Assembly (NCBI GenBank): GCA_043228905.1
Contig: JBHGNT010000007.1
Span: 10,912,001-10,976,000 of the forward strand
DNA from: Azolla caroliniana
Lineage: Eukaryota; Plantae; Polypodiophyta
DNA length: 64,000 bases
Direction of reading: 5' to 3'
Numbering within the stretch: the first letter of the stretch is position 1; each line of letters starts with the position of its first letter. The notes beneath the pieces were generated by a model that saw only the letters and a program-made list of their open reading frames with translations, made no database searches and was not told the DNA's origin. The translations under genes were made by a program, and so were the position numbers. Below, piece after piece: positions 44,955 through 56,993 of this stretch.

Positions 44955-47900
44955 GAAGAGGTCGTTGCCTCTGTGTATTACCGCCGCCTGTGGCGAAGAC
45001 AGCGAGCTCAAGGTTGTTGCCTTGTAGCTTCACCATTGTACATCTCTGTTTATAGTGATAGTTGGAGTTTGAGGACTCCCGTGGTTTTTTCCCATTTAGG
45101 GTTTTCCACGTAAAACATCCTGTGTACTCTTCTCTCTATTGTCTTCATGCATTTTGTATTTCCTGTTTTCTGTGAGTTGATCCTATTCCTCGGTTGTGGC
45201 CGAGCACTGTGTTCAACAAAGTGGTATCAGAGCAACGGTAACACAGAAAATGGAAGGCGGCGGTAGTGGGCCTCCGGGCATGATGGTGTTGAACTCACAG
45301 AACTACGCCGACTGGAAGATAAAGATGGAAGACCTTCTCATCGTCCGAGACCTGTACGAACCGATCGACAATGCCGAGATACCCAAGGGAGTAATAGAGT
45401 CGGAGTGGAAGCTCCTGAACCGGAAAGCCGTAGCGACGATCCGGCAATATGTCGATGTAAGTGTTCTACAACATGTGGCGAACGATACGAACGCCTATGA
45501 GATGTGGCAGAAGCTGTCCGGACTGTATGAGAGGAAGAATGCTCTGACCCGGACCTCCCTGATGAGGAAGATAGTGAATCTTAAGTACCGGGACGGCGAG
45601 AGCATGGTCGAACACGTCAGCACGTTCATGGGATTCGTGAACCAGCTTGCGGCGATCAAGTTCCCGTTGGATGACACAATGCAAGCCATCATGCTGATGT
45701 GTACCCTTCCGGAGAGCTGGGAGAATTTGGTAGTTACTCTCAGCACCTCCTGTAAGGAAGAGAACTTGTCTTTACTAACGGTAAAGACAAGTATTCTAAA
45801 TGAAGAAGCGCGTCGGAGAGATAAAGAACCGGCCTCCGACTCGAAGGCGTTGCTTACCGAATCGGAACGGGGAAGACAACGGAACCGGAGTCCGCAAAGA
45901 CGGGAGAAGTCGGGGACACGGTCGCAGTCGAGGGGAAGACCTACATGCTTCTACTGTGGGAAGCCAGGGCACTTCCAGAAGAACTGTCGGCATTTCCGGA
46001 AAGACAACGGAACCGACGGTACCGATTCGAAGAAGTCACCGGAGCGAAACGGTGCATACCGGGGAGCCACGGACCGGAGAGGTCCGGATCGGCGAGGGCA
46101 GGACCGGAAAGGAACGACGGCACTCGCGGCAAGTGAAGAAGAGATAATGCTCATTACCGAAGAGAGGGAGCTGAACCTTGCCGGTGAAGAGATGACCTGG
46201 GTGGTCGATTCAGGAGCGTCATTCCACCTGACTCCGGAGAAGAAATACTCCTCATCCTACACAGCCGGTGAGCACGGCTGTGTTCGGATGGGAAATGAAG
46301 GTACATGCCGGATTGCCGGCATAGGAGACGTGTGGCTGATGACATCAACCGGATGCAAGATGCTGCTGAAGGATGTCCGACACGTTCCGGAGGTTCGATT
46401 GAACCTGATTTCGGCCGGGAGGCTAGACGATGAAGGCTACACGGGTAGCATCCGGAACGGTGTCATGAAGTTCAGCAAAGGGAGCCTGATAGTGGCTCGG
46501 GCCCGGAAGGTCAACACACTGACACTACCGGTGAGCTGTGGCACAAGAGACTGTGCCACATGAGTGAGAAGGGGATGAAGAGGCTTGCAGAAGACAACCT
46601 TATTCCAGTGAAGCATGTGCACCTGGAGAAGTGCACCGATTGCCTGGCCGGTAAGCAGAACCGAACCTCCTTCCACTCAAGGCCACCGACGAGACGTAGC
46701 GCACCATTGGAGTTGGTGCACACTGACGTGTGTCAAGTGGAAACAAAGTCACATGGCGGAGCCCAGTACTTCGTGACATTCATTGATGACCACAGCCGGA
46801 AGCTGTGGACGGCACCGTTGAAGACAAAGGACCAAGTGTTGTGCGTCTTCAAAGAACTCCACGCGAGAGTGGAAAGGGAATCCGGCAAGAAGCTGAAAGC
46901 GATACGAGCGGATAACGGAGGGGAATACCGGGGACAGTTCGAGGAGTACTGTCGCTCGAAGGGAATCCGGCTCGAGTTTACTGTGCCGAAGACGCCGGAA
47001 CTGAACGGGCTGGCCGAGAGGATGAACCGGACCATAATGGAGAGGGTCCGGAGTATGCTAGCACATGCGAAATTACCCAAGGGATTTTGGGCTGAGGCAA
47101 TGTCGACGGCGACATACGTGATAAACAGATCACCCTCAGTACCTTTGGACGGAGACACGCCGCAGAGAGTGTGGACCGGTAGGGAAGTATCCTACCGGCA
47201 TCTGAAGGTGTTCGGGTGTCTCGCATATGTGCATGTGGCAAAGGACCGGAGAGGAAAGCTAGATCCAAAGACCCGGCCATGCATATTCCTCGGTTACAGC
47301 GATGACGAGTTCGGCTACCGAGTATGGGACCCGGTCGACAAAAAGATATTTCGGAGTCGTGATATCATCTTCATGGAGGACAAAACACTCGCCGACTGGG
47401 AGTCGGAGAAGAAGATGAAGAGCTCCAGGTCGACCGGTGAGGATCAACTCTACGAGGAGCAGTCCCAACCGGCAAGGGACCGGTTAGCACTCGAGGATCC
47501 GGCCGAAGACGGTGAAGAAACAGAACCGGCCGAGGAAGATGAAACTGATACCGAAACCGGCCCCGATCCCGAAATGGATTCGGATGAAGAGGAAACGGAG
47601 GAGCTGGTTACCGAAGCTCCGGAACGGAGATATCCTCTAAGAGAGAGAAGGGCCCCCCGGAGATTTCCGGAACCAGAGCACGTGCTGCTAACCGACGAGG
47701 AGGAGCCGGAGAGTTTTGAAGAAGCAAAGCTTGACACCCATAGCCGCAGGTGGTTAAGTGCCATGCAGGAGGAGATGGATTCCCTGCATGAGAACCACAC
47801 ATATGAACTTGTGGAGTTGCCGAAAGGAAAGCGGGCACTTCGAAACAAGTGGGTGTTCAAGCTGAAACCGGGAGATGCCGGAAACCCCCCGAGATACAAA

Positions 47901-49685
47901 GCCAGGATCGTGGTGAAGGGGTTCCAGCAGAAGAAGGGCGTCGACTTCGACGAGATATTTGCCCCGGTAGTGAAGATGACCTCCATCCGGACGGTGCTGA
48001 GCATAGCGGCAAGCATGGACCTCGAGGTAGAACAGATGGACGTGAAGACGGCATTCCTTCACGGTGACCTCGAAGAAGAGATCTACATGCAGCAACCGGA
48101 AGGATTCGAGAAGAAAGGGAAGGAGCACCTGGTATGCCGGTTGAAGAAGAGCCTTTACGGACTGAAGCAGGCTCCCCGGCAATGGTACCGGAAGTTCGAC
48201 TCTTTCATGACCGACGAAGGGTACCACAAAACGCAGTCCGATCACTGCGTGTTTGTGAAGAAGTTCGAAGGAGGAGACTTTCTAATACTCCTCCTGTACG
48301 TGGACGACATGTTGATCGTCGGACGGGACCAGGTCAAGATACGGATGCTGAAGAAAGCGCTTCACCGAACCTTCTCAATGAAGGGCCTGGGTCCGGCGAG
48401 GCAAATACTAGGGATGCACATCATCCGGGACCGGAAGAAGAAGTAGTTGTGGCTGTCACAGGAGAAGTACGTGACAAAGGTGCTTCACCGGTTCAACATG
48501 TCGGAAGCAAGACCGGTCGGGTCAACCCTCCCGGCAAACTGCAAGTTGTCCAGCAAGCAAAGTCCCAAGACAAAGGCTGAGAAGGAGGACATGATGAAAG
48601 TACCATATGCCTCTGCCGTCGGAAGCTTGATGTACGCAATGGTGTGTACAAGACCGGACATAGGATATGCAGTCGGAGTGGTGAGCCGGTACATGAGCAA
48701 TCCCGGCAAAGAACACTGGATCGCGGTCAAATGGATACTCCGATGCCTGAAGGGCACGGCAAACGTGTGCCTCCGATTCGGCTCCGGTAAACCCGAACTC
48801 GACGGCTTTACCGATTCGGATATGTCGGCTGATGCAGATACCAGCCGGTCCACATCAGGGTATGTGATGACGTATGCAGGGGGAGCTGTTTCGTGGCAGT
48901 CGAGGCTGCAGAAGACGGTTGCGTTGTCAACCACGGAGGCGGAGTACATGGCGGCTGTTGAAGCCGGCAAGGAAATAATATGGATGAAGGACTTCATTAG
49001 AGAGCTCGGTATCCGGCAGGAGGAGTACCGGCTCTACTGCGATAGTCAGAGTGCCATCCACCTTGCGAAGAACGCTGCCTACCGTTCCCGGACGAAACAC
49101 ATCCAGCGTAGATACCACTGGATCCGGGAAAGGATAGAAGACAAGGAGTTCGTGCTGACGAAGATCCACACGGACGAGAACGGGTCGGATATGCTGACCA
49201 AGGTGCTCACACCCGACAAGCTAGAAGCATGCCGGAAGAGGATCGGATTGGAGAGACATCCCATGCCGAAGTGAAGGGGGAGTTTGTTGGGATTTCGGTC
49301 CCTCCGGATGGGATGTCCGGAGATGAATGACGGCAAGCCCGGTTGCGGTTACGGAACCGGAGGATGAAGAGTACCCGGCATGAAGCCGGATGAAGAGTAC
49401 CTGGCTACGGATCCGGATGATGAAGACCCGGCTACGGATCCGGATGATGAAGACCCCGGCTACGGAGCCGGATGATGAAGACCCCGGCTACGGAGCCGGA
49501 TGACGAATGTACCCGGAGAGAGATCCGGATGCGGGGACATATTTGTGAATATGTTTGCCAAGGGCCCTTGAGGCTATATTTGTAAATAGCCCGAAAGTCA
49601 TATGTGTATAAATATGACTTAGGGCAAACAGTTTATGTTGTTGCTCATTTTTCTATTTTCCACTTAGAGGGAGTGAAGAGAGCAG

Positions 49686-49724
<39 letters not shown>

Positions 49725-49988
49725 GAAGAGGTCGTTGCCTCTGTGTATTACCGCCGCCTGTGGCGAAGACAGTGAGCTCAAGGTTGTTGCCTTGTAGCTT
49801 CACCATTGTACATCTCTGTTTATAGTGATAGTTGGAGTTTGAGGACTCCCGTGGTTTTTTCCCATTTAGGGTTTTCCACGTAAAACATCCTGTGTACTCT
49901 TCTCTCTATTGTCTTCGTGCATTTTGTATTTCCTGTTTTCTGTGAGTTGATCCTATTCCTCGGTTGTGGCCGAGCACTGTGTTCAACA
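44547..49988 (+). mobile_element. Full-length Copia element A3 (LTRs 44547-45218 and 49285-49988), recombinant Gag
   Basis: TGTTG...CAACA LTRs with about five transitions plus repeat-length differences; TSD CATAT (44542-44546 / 49989-49993); iMet PBS at 45222-45233; PPT gaagggggag. Confidence 0.97.
45250..49274 (+). pseudogene. Copia gag-pol of A3; frameshifting ~49-bp deletion at ~46521 and TAG at 48444
   Basis: All Copia domains in order (CCHC, WVVDSGAS, integrase, LYVDD, RNase H); alignment by eye to A1 shows YLMNAQLCPEEVNVAS missing. Confidence 0.95.
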
Positions 49989-50021
49989 CATATGTACATA
50001 CATAGATATATTGATAATTCG

Positions 50022-50036
50022 ATATGTATGTATGTA

Positions 50037-50074
<38 letters not shown>

Positions 50075-50128
50075 GCGTTGGCATGGGCCATGGCCATCCG
50101 CATCCCCGTAGAGCATTGGGTCAAAACA

Positions 50129-50168
<40 letters not shown>
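50022..50168. repeat. (TATG)n/(TG)n and (CT)n microsatellites in the promoter/5' region of the nucleotidyltransferase gene
   Basis: Directly visible. Confidence 0.9.
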
Positions 50169-50171
<3 letters not shown>

Positions 50172-50344
50172 GATGAACTTTGGGGGCCTTCTTCTTCGTC
50201 TTAAACACAATAACCCAACCCCAACTCCTTTCCTACTCTTCTTTTGCTTGCGTGTCCTCCCCTTCTCTTCCCTGCCCATCATCGATCCAACCTAACTCTC
50301 ATTCGGTTCAATTCCCACCGTGCCTTCTTATCCTGAAAGCAATT

Positions 50345-50775
50345 GAAGCAGATAATCTCCAGAAAACAGGTAAATGGTTTTGAATTGAAGAGGAACCCAT
50401 TATTGTAATTTAGCTAATCTGTGGACTCATTATGTTTTCTTCAGCTTATCTGAAATTTGTTTCATATACAATTGTTGAAGAACAAAATCAGCAGAAAAGA
50501 GGTACATGGTTTTGGACAGAAGAAATACGACTATAATAATTTTGCTAATCTATGGATGCCGTTGTGTTACTTTTAGCTTATGTGGATGTTTTTTCTCTCA
50601 TTATAAGAGTGTTGAGGATAATCAACGGAAAACAGATATGTGATTCTGGATTGATGAGATGCCCATTAGGGATTTTAACCAATTCTTCAATATATGGATG
50701 AACTCTTATAGTTTTGTAATTAATCTATGGAGACATTATATGTATTTTCATCTATTCTTTGCATATATTCACAGA
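50345..50775 (+). repeat. Three degenerate ~133-bp intron+mini-exon units in the probable 5'UTR
   Basis: Donors at 50370 and 50502 (third, at 50636, mutated GT>AT); two 75-bp introns with GCTAAT branch sites and acceptors at 50444 and 50576. Confidence 0.6.
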
Positions 50776-50819
50776 TAACTGAAAGCAGCGAGAGAGAGAG
50801 AGAGAGAGATTGAGTTTGT

Positions 50820-53800
50820 ATGGGAGATAATGCTTTTGCTGGGCTTTTGCCTAGAAGTTCTTCATCTCTGTTTCTATTCTCAGAAGCAAAATATGATGCA
50901 AAGTGGGCTGAAAGTGAGCTTTTAGTTGAAGAGATAATTGACTACATTCAGCCTTCATGGAATTCTGAAGAGAAAAGAAGGATAATTATTGAACACGTGA
51001 AACAATTAATCCAGAAATACTTCAATTTCCAGGTAAACTAGTTTTTTTTGTGCATTATCATAGATAAATTGAAGTTTAGTCAGGGTCTTGAAAATGGATT
51101 TTTGTATACCTAGTTCCATAGATCAGAAGGATTTAGTAGAGGAGTTGTGCATACAGGTAGATAAACAGTTATTAACATTTTGGCATGTAGGTCAATATTT
51201 AGTTAATAACAATTGGGCATAATAAACAATAATCTTGTTTTCATGCAATGCGCATATCATAAAGTGATACTGGAGAGGTGATTTGTTGCTTACTTGTTAC
51301 TCTATTTGCATCGCTCCCAAGTTTGTGAATGGGCCCAAAATTAGTCTATACAGAGAATTAGCTTCTAACATCAGGTCAAGATATAGATGTCCTATATTTG
51401 GAAGCTTGTTTCTGGATAGGCATTCCAATCAACAAGGCTCACGATCCTTCTTCATGAGTCTCATTTTTGAGGCATGTGAGTGTGACGCTCCTCTTGCCAT
51501 TGCCCGCAGATGAACCTTGTTTAGAATTGTTTGATAAGTCTCTTCGGGGTTTCTTTTTTACCATTTGCAATAGGTTCGTTTACTAGTCAAAGCTTTAGGT
51601 TGTTTGTTTGCATCAGGCACTTCAGAATTAGGTTAGTTCATGTACTCGATGTTGTCTAAACTATTTCCAGACAGGTTGATAACTAGTTATAGTCTCACTT
51701 TCTAGATCATAAAGTGGAAAGTAAAAATGGAGGTGGAGACTTAACAATTATGCATGTAAGTAGATAGCTGAAGTAATAGTCCCCTCTGTAATGAACTTAC
51801 TGGGCAGTTTTAGTGCCTTAATCTCTCTCTAGATGTTGTGAGATTACAAAGTGGAGGTAGAAACTTAGCAATTCTGTGTACACTTTGTATAGATCAATTG
51901 GATAATTTTAATGCACTTTGTAGACCATCAATTGTATGTATAAACATTAAGAATGGAGGTAGAGACCAGTTGTGCTTGTAACAAGTTAGCTAATTAATAG
52001 TCCTCTCTGTAATGAACTTAACTGGACAGTTTCCATGCATTCTTAATCTCGTCAGAATTTGGCCACTTGAGGATTCTCATGGACTCTATGTTCTCTAAAC
52101 TATTTACTCCACAAAGTTTGATCAATATTTGTAGTCTTACTTTATAGACCATAAAGTGGAAATAAGAAGATCACAAAATGTAGATAAAGACTTAGCAATA
52201 CATCTATACATAATTTCATGCATATAAGTTGATTAAAAATGAAATCCATATCTTGGTCATATAACTAGATTAAATGTATTCTCTGTTTGACAGAAACTGT
52301 AGCTTAACAAAGCTAATTCTTTCACATAAAAGTTGCTCGTAAACATAATTTATGCTTGGATAATTTTATTTTATTCATGCTCACAATAGCAATTCAATTC
52401 ATGTGCATAACAGCAAATTTGTATCCTTGTTATTCTATACAAGAACCTCATGATCCATTTCTTAACACATTGGAACTCTTAGGTGTGCACGTTTGGGTCT
52501 GTACCACTCAAAACTTATCTCCCAGATGGTGATATTGACTTTGTTGCCTTTAGTCGGCTTCCATATCAGAGTGAGACCTGGGCAGAGAACATAAAAAATA
52601 TACTCAAGTGTGAAGAACTGAACAAACATGCAAAGCTTTGTGTGAAGGAAGTTCAAGTTATACATGCTGAGGTTTGCCATCTTCCTTATTTTAAGAAGAC
52701 AAGCTAAAAATTGGGAGTCACATAAACCTTTTTGGGGTGTGAACCTTGTAGTTACTTTATTTACAAATTCAAATAAACTGATATTCTAAGCACAAAATTG
52801 TTTTCTTATATGGTATACAGTACATAAGAGTCATATATTATCTATTAGCGCTTTGTACTTTATCTGGTAGATGTGCATCTTCCTTTCATCATTTAGCTTT
52901 TTGGATGTTCATGTGCTATCATTAAATAAAGTTCAAGTCCTGAGAAGACCATATTATTTGAATATAAGCTGTAATAATTATTGTTTTGAATTGTTTTCCA
53001 ATTCACTTTCCGAGTAATTGCAATCTTTTCTTCCCTTGATTTTGTTAACTGTCTTGACATGCAGTCTCATATCAATTTCAAAAACATCAAACATATTCTT
53101 CTTGCCTCCAGGTTCAAATAGTAAAATGCCTTATTGAGAATGTGATTGTTGATATTTCCTTCAATCAGCTTGGTGGTTTAAGCACTCTTTGCTTCCTTGA
53201 AGAGGTATGCTTTCTGATCTACAAAATCCACAAATTTATTTATTTATCTTGTTCTAGGACCAAATTACTTGATATAAACTGCCTAAATTTTGCTTATAGT
53301 ACAAGGATGCAAAATCCCAATGAAATGCATGTAGAGTATGGTTAAGCTACATCTGGATTTGCATGAATAGAAAGAGTCAATCATGGTGTTAAAAAAAGCA
53401 ATGACTCCTCCCAAAGTACTGAAAGTCAAAGGCCTCACAGTAACAAGATACTGCCAAAGATCAGTGATGCTGTAAATGACACGGGATTCACCAGGAAACA
53501 TTTGTTTTGCTTGATGCGTACTACACTAGATAGATACGTTTAACCAAAAATACCATGTAAAGGCAAGTCTACAAGGTCTCTTCTCAGGTACAGTTTTTCT
53601 ATGAACAACACTATGGGATTCAGGAGCATGGGAATACAGCAAAAAAGCGAATTTATACACAAAAGAAACTGAAATATGTCGAAACTAATACATGCAACAG
53701 ACGACATACTGAGTGCAAACGTTCTCAGTGGGTTTTACAAATATGGAGAATGCGAGAGGCCAGAAACCTATTCATAGGGCCCAGCCTAAAATTGAAATGA

Positions 53801-56800
53801 CCAAAATTCCAAGATAACATTACCCAAGCAATCAATTAAAATACTCATGACTAACTGCAAACAAGTAATTTAACTGTAACAATAGAGAAAGTCTATCTGT
53901 CAGCGTCCTCAATTATGCAAATTGCCATTATGGAAGTTCTTTCAATCGGCAGATATGATGCACACAATATGATAGAACAATGAAGGGATTACACGTGTGC
54001 CAAAGTAATATCATAATCCCCATATGTAAGAGACAACAAAGATAACGGCACATAATCCCTTTGTAAAACCATGTTTAAAGAACAAATTAAAGTAGCTCAG
54101 ATAACTGAAATAGATATCCATATGTGCTAACTAAATGATGAATAAATTTATGAACGTCATACTATGGTAAGGCTAGACTGAAGCATATGCCATTTCAAAT
54201 GTGATAATCCTTGAGTGCCATCGCTATAGGTAAAAGTAACCATCCACCCACATATAAACAATTTAACTGGATGCTCATTGCTTGGGAATATAAATCTCTG
54301 CTTCAATCATAGGCCAATATACGTCTCTCCTTCAGGCATCTAAAGATTGATCCTACTGTTTCATGTGCAAACCTGTTCTTGTTTTCTTATGTTACCCATA
54401 GTAGAAAATGAATGAATTTTTTTATTCCTGCAAGAAATTGACTGATAAGTAAATAGTCCTTCATAACATTTCATCGGCATGTCAAACCCTTAATTGTTTT
54501 GAATCTCTACTTGACAAATTACAAGTTGCAATAAACATACATATATATTTTTCTTTCAATTCTAGAACCATCTTTGCCAGAATCCCTTCTCTTCAAGGCC
54601 TCCCTATGTTGCCTATAGTGAGTTCCTTATGATACTCGATGAGCTGCCAAAGAACCAAATTTCCTCCACAATTTAAATTATCTTGTATTTTCCTTGCCTT
54701 TCTGTATCCTTTTTAGCGTTTTTTTGTATTTGTGTGGGAAAGTGTCATTCATTGTCTTCTGTACTTTCTTGGGTTTAACCACAACGATCTCATTGCATCT
54801 CCTTGGTGTCTGAATCTTTAATAGAAAGTGGAAACTTCCTCACGAGTTCCCTCCTCCTTTCTTCCGTGTGGATCCATAGTTCACGATCTTCGAGGGAGAG
54901 ATTAATCATGGGAGAGAGAGAGAGGACCCATGTATGCTGCAGGTGGACAGATTAATAGGCAAAGATCACCTGTTCAAGAGGAGTATAATCCTTGTGAAAG
55001 CTTGGTGCTATTATGAAAGTCGAATATTAGGGGCCCACCATGGACTCATTTCTACTTATGCTCTAGAAACACTTGTTTTGTACATTTTCAACTTATTTCA
55101 TGCTTCCATTCGGGGTCCTTTTGAGGTAAGTCATTCTGATTGCATCCGTCATTTTGCTTGCGTAAAAATTTCCATATGAAGAAACTGAAAATTTTCCAGG
55201 TTTTATACAAGTTCCTTCAATTCTTTAGCAAATTTGATTGGGAACATTATTGTCTCAGTATATGGGGCCCGATTCATATTTCACTGCTACAGGATATGGC
55301 TGGTATGTGGTAATGCAGTCTGAAAAAATTCTAGCGTATCTGTAATGGTTTTATTTCATGTTTCTCGCATGTTTTTCTCGTCTTGTTTTAGCTGAGGCAC
55401 CACAAAAGAATGGGGGTGAGCTGCTTTTTAGTAATGACTTCTTACAGAAGTGCTACCAATTGTATGGAATATCTCAAATTTACCAAGACAACATGTTTTC
55501 TTCTAAGAATATGAATGTCATGGATCCTTTAAGATTTTCCAACAACCTTGGAAGGAGTATAGGCAAAGGTAACCTTCATGCATTTATTTCTCGATAGATT
55601 GGAAATATGCTGATATAAATGCTGAAAGTCTCAAATTTAAGCCTTATGAATCTTACCAAATGTTTTTTTTAGGTAACTTCTTCAGGATATGTAGTGCTTT
55701 TGCATATGGTGCAAAGCAAATTGGAAATATTCTGTGTAGTCCATCAGAGGCTCTGATAGAAAAAGTACATTCATTTTTTCGTAACACGGAAGAACATTGC
55801 AATGGTTATCGGCCTGATGGAATTGCTCTGAATTTTATCAATATGGGGTCCAATGTTTCATCAGACCCTAGTAAAGATTCAGATTCTATTCTAGCTCATT
55901 CCAATGGTGGAATCAGACAACATATCAAGAAGAAGGAAACCCCTTTGTTGATTGGGGTACACAGCTCTCGAAAAGCAGAAAATCATCATTCAAGCTCATG
56001 TGGAACAGATTCGTCTGAGAAATCATCATGTTGTGAGAGTTCAATTGATAACATATCTAAGGAAGTACATATGTTTGGAAGAAGCTTCCCATCTAGTAAA
56101 GAAATGCTACTGGGGGACTTCCAAACATACCTTATAAATTTTCATTCTTGCCGCATTATGCTCACTTCTCATGTATATGGATCATGTTTTCCTTTTTTTC
56201 CATCGGGATATGTGTATGACCATGGGTCTGAGGCTTCTATAACTGGAAGTACTACCAACTTGTATATCAATTACAATCCTCAGCTTTACTTAACTTCTTC
56301 ACATCAAGGTTTGAGCTTATATAACACATTTCAGCTACACCCTAATGGTTTCTTTGCCCATCAAATCCCTAAATTTCGTCGTGGAACGGGGACTTATCTT
56401 CCAAATTTGGTATGTCTACTAATATTTTTCTCGTTTAGTTTTCCAGTTGATTCTCCATCTAAAGAGGAAGTCAACTTTTTTTTTTCAGACTCATGGTGCT
56501 TATAATCATACACAACCAGTAATGTTTGGCGTAGGTAATGTTTGAAACCAAAGATTCCATAATGCAATATTTTACTTCCTGCACTTCAGAAATAAACCAA
56601 TATAATGTCTGCTAAATTGACTTTGTAAGTACACATCGGATATTATTAAAAAGCTCTTGATTACAGCATTATATACATTCTCACACAACTTCTAATTATT
56701 CATAGAGAATATATTTGTTACAAAGTTCTTCATTACTAGATTTTACATGTTCCAACACATTCTCAGCATTTATAGTGAAAAATAACCTTAAACAAGTTTA

Positions 56801-56993
56801 TGATTAGTGGATTCTACAATTGTCTGTCTTAACACAATTATCTGAAATTATGTTCTATGGTATTTAGATGCAGACATGATTTAACAATGTTTTTGAACCA
56901 GGTTATCCCCGTGGCCAAAAACCAGAACAAGAAGTCAAGTCTGACAACCTATGTCAAGAGGAGAGTCATGGGAGAAATCCACCAGACAAATGA
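50820..56993 (+). CDS. Plant TRF4/5-like non-canonical poly(A) polymerase / nucleotidyltransferase (Pol-beta NTase plus PAP/OAS1 substrate-binding domain)
   Basis: Phase-consistent GT-AG exons: 50820-51032, 52483-52671, 53112-53204, 54943-55125, 55200-55302, 55392-55568, 55673-56409, and tentatively 56489-56534 and 56902-56993. Motifs FGSVPLKTYLPDGDID, VDISFNQLGGL, HLFKRSIILVKAWCYYESRILGAHHGLISTYALETLV, DPLRFSNNLGRS and GTGTYLP. The 3' end is uncertain. Confidence 0.92.
51640..52200. repeat. Degenerate internal duplications in intron 1
   Basis: atagtcc(c/t)ctctgtaatgaactta at ~51776 and ~51997; tagac/tcataaagtggaaa and tggaggt(a/g)gag repeated. Confidence 0.55.

Noticed and set aside
45196-45249. 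N-terminal extension of the A3 Gag ORF
   Set aside because: The ORF caller started at a GTG inside the LTR; the ATG at 45250 matches the start position in A1, A2 and C.
52483-55568. Nucleotidyltransferase as a cGAS/OAS-like immune system
   Set aside because: The motifs match the conserved plant TRF4-like PAP/OAS1-substrate-binding family; nothing in the neighbourhood suggests a defence cluster.
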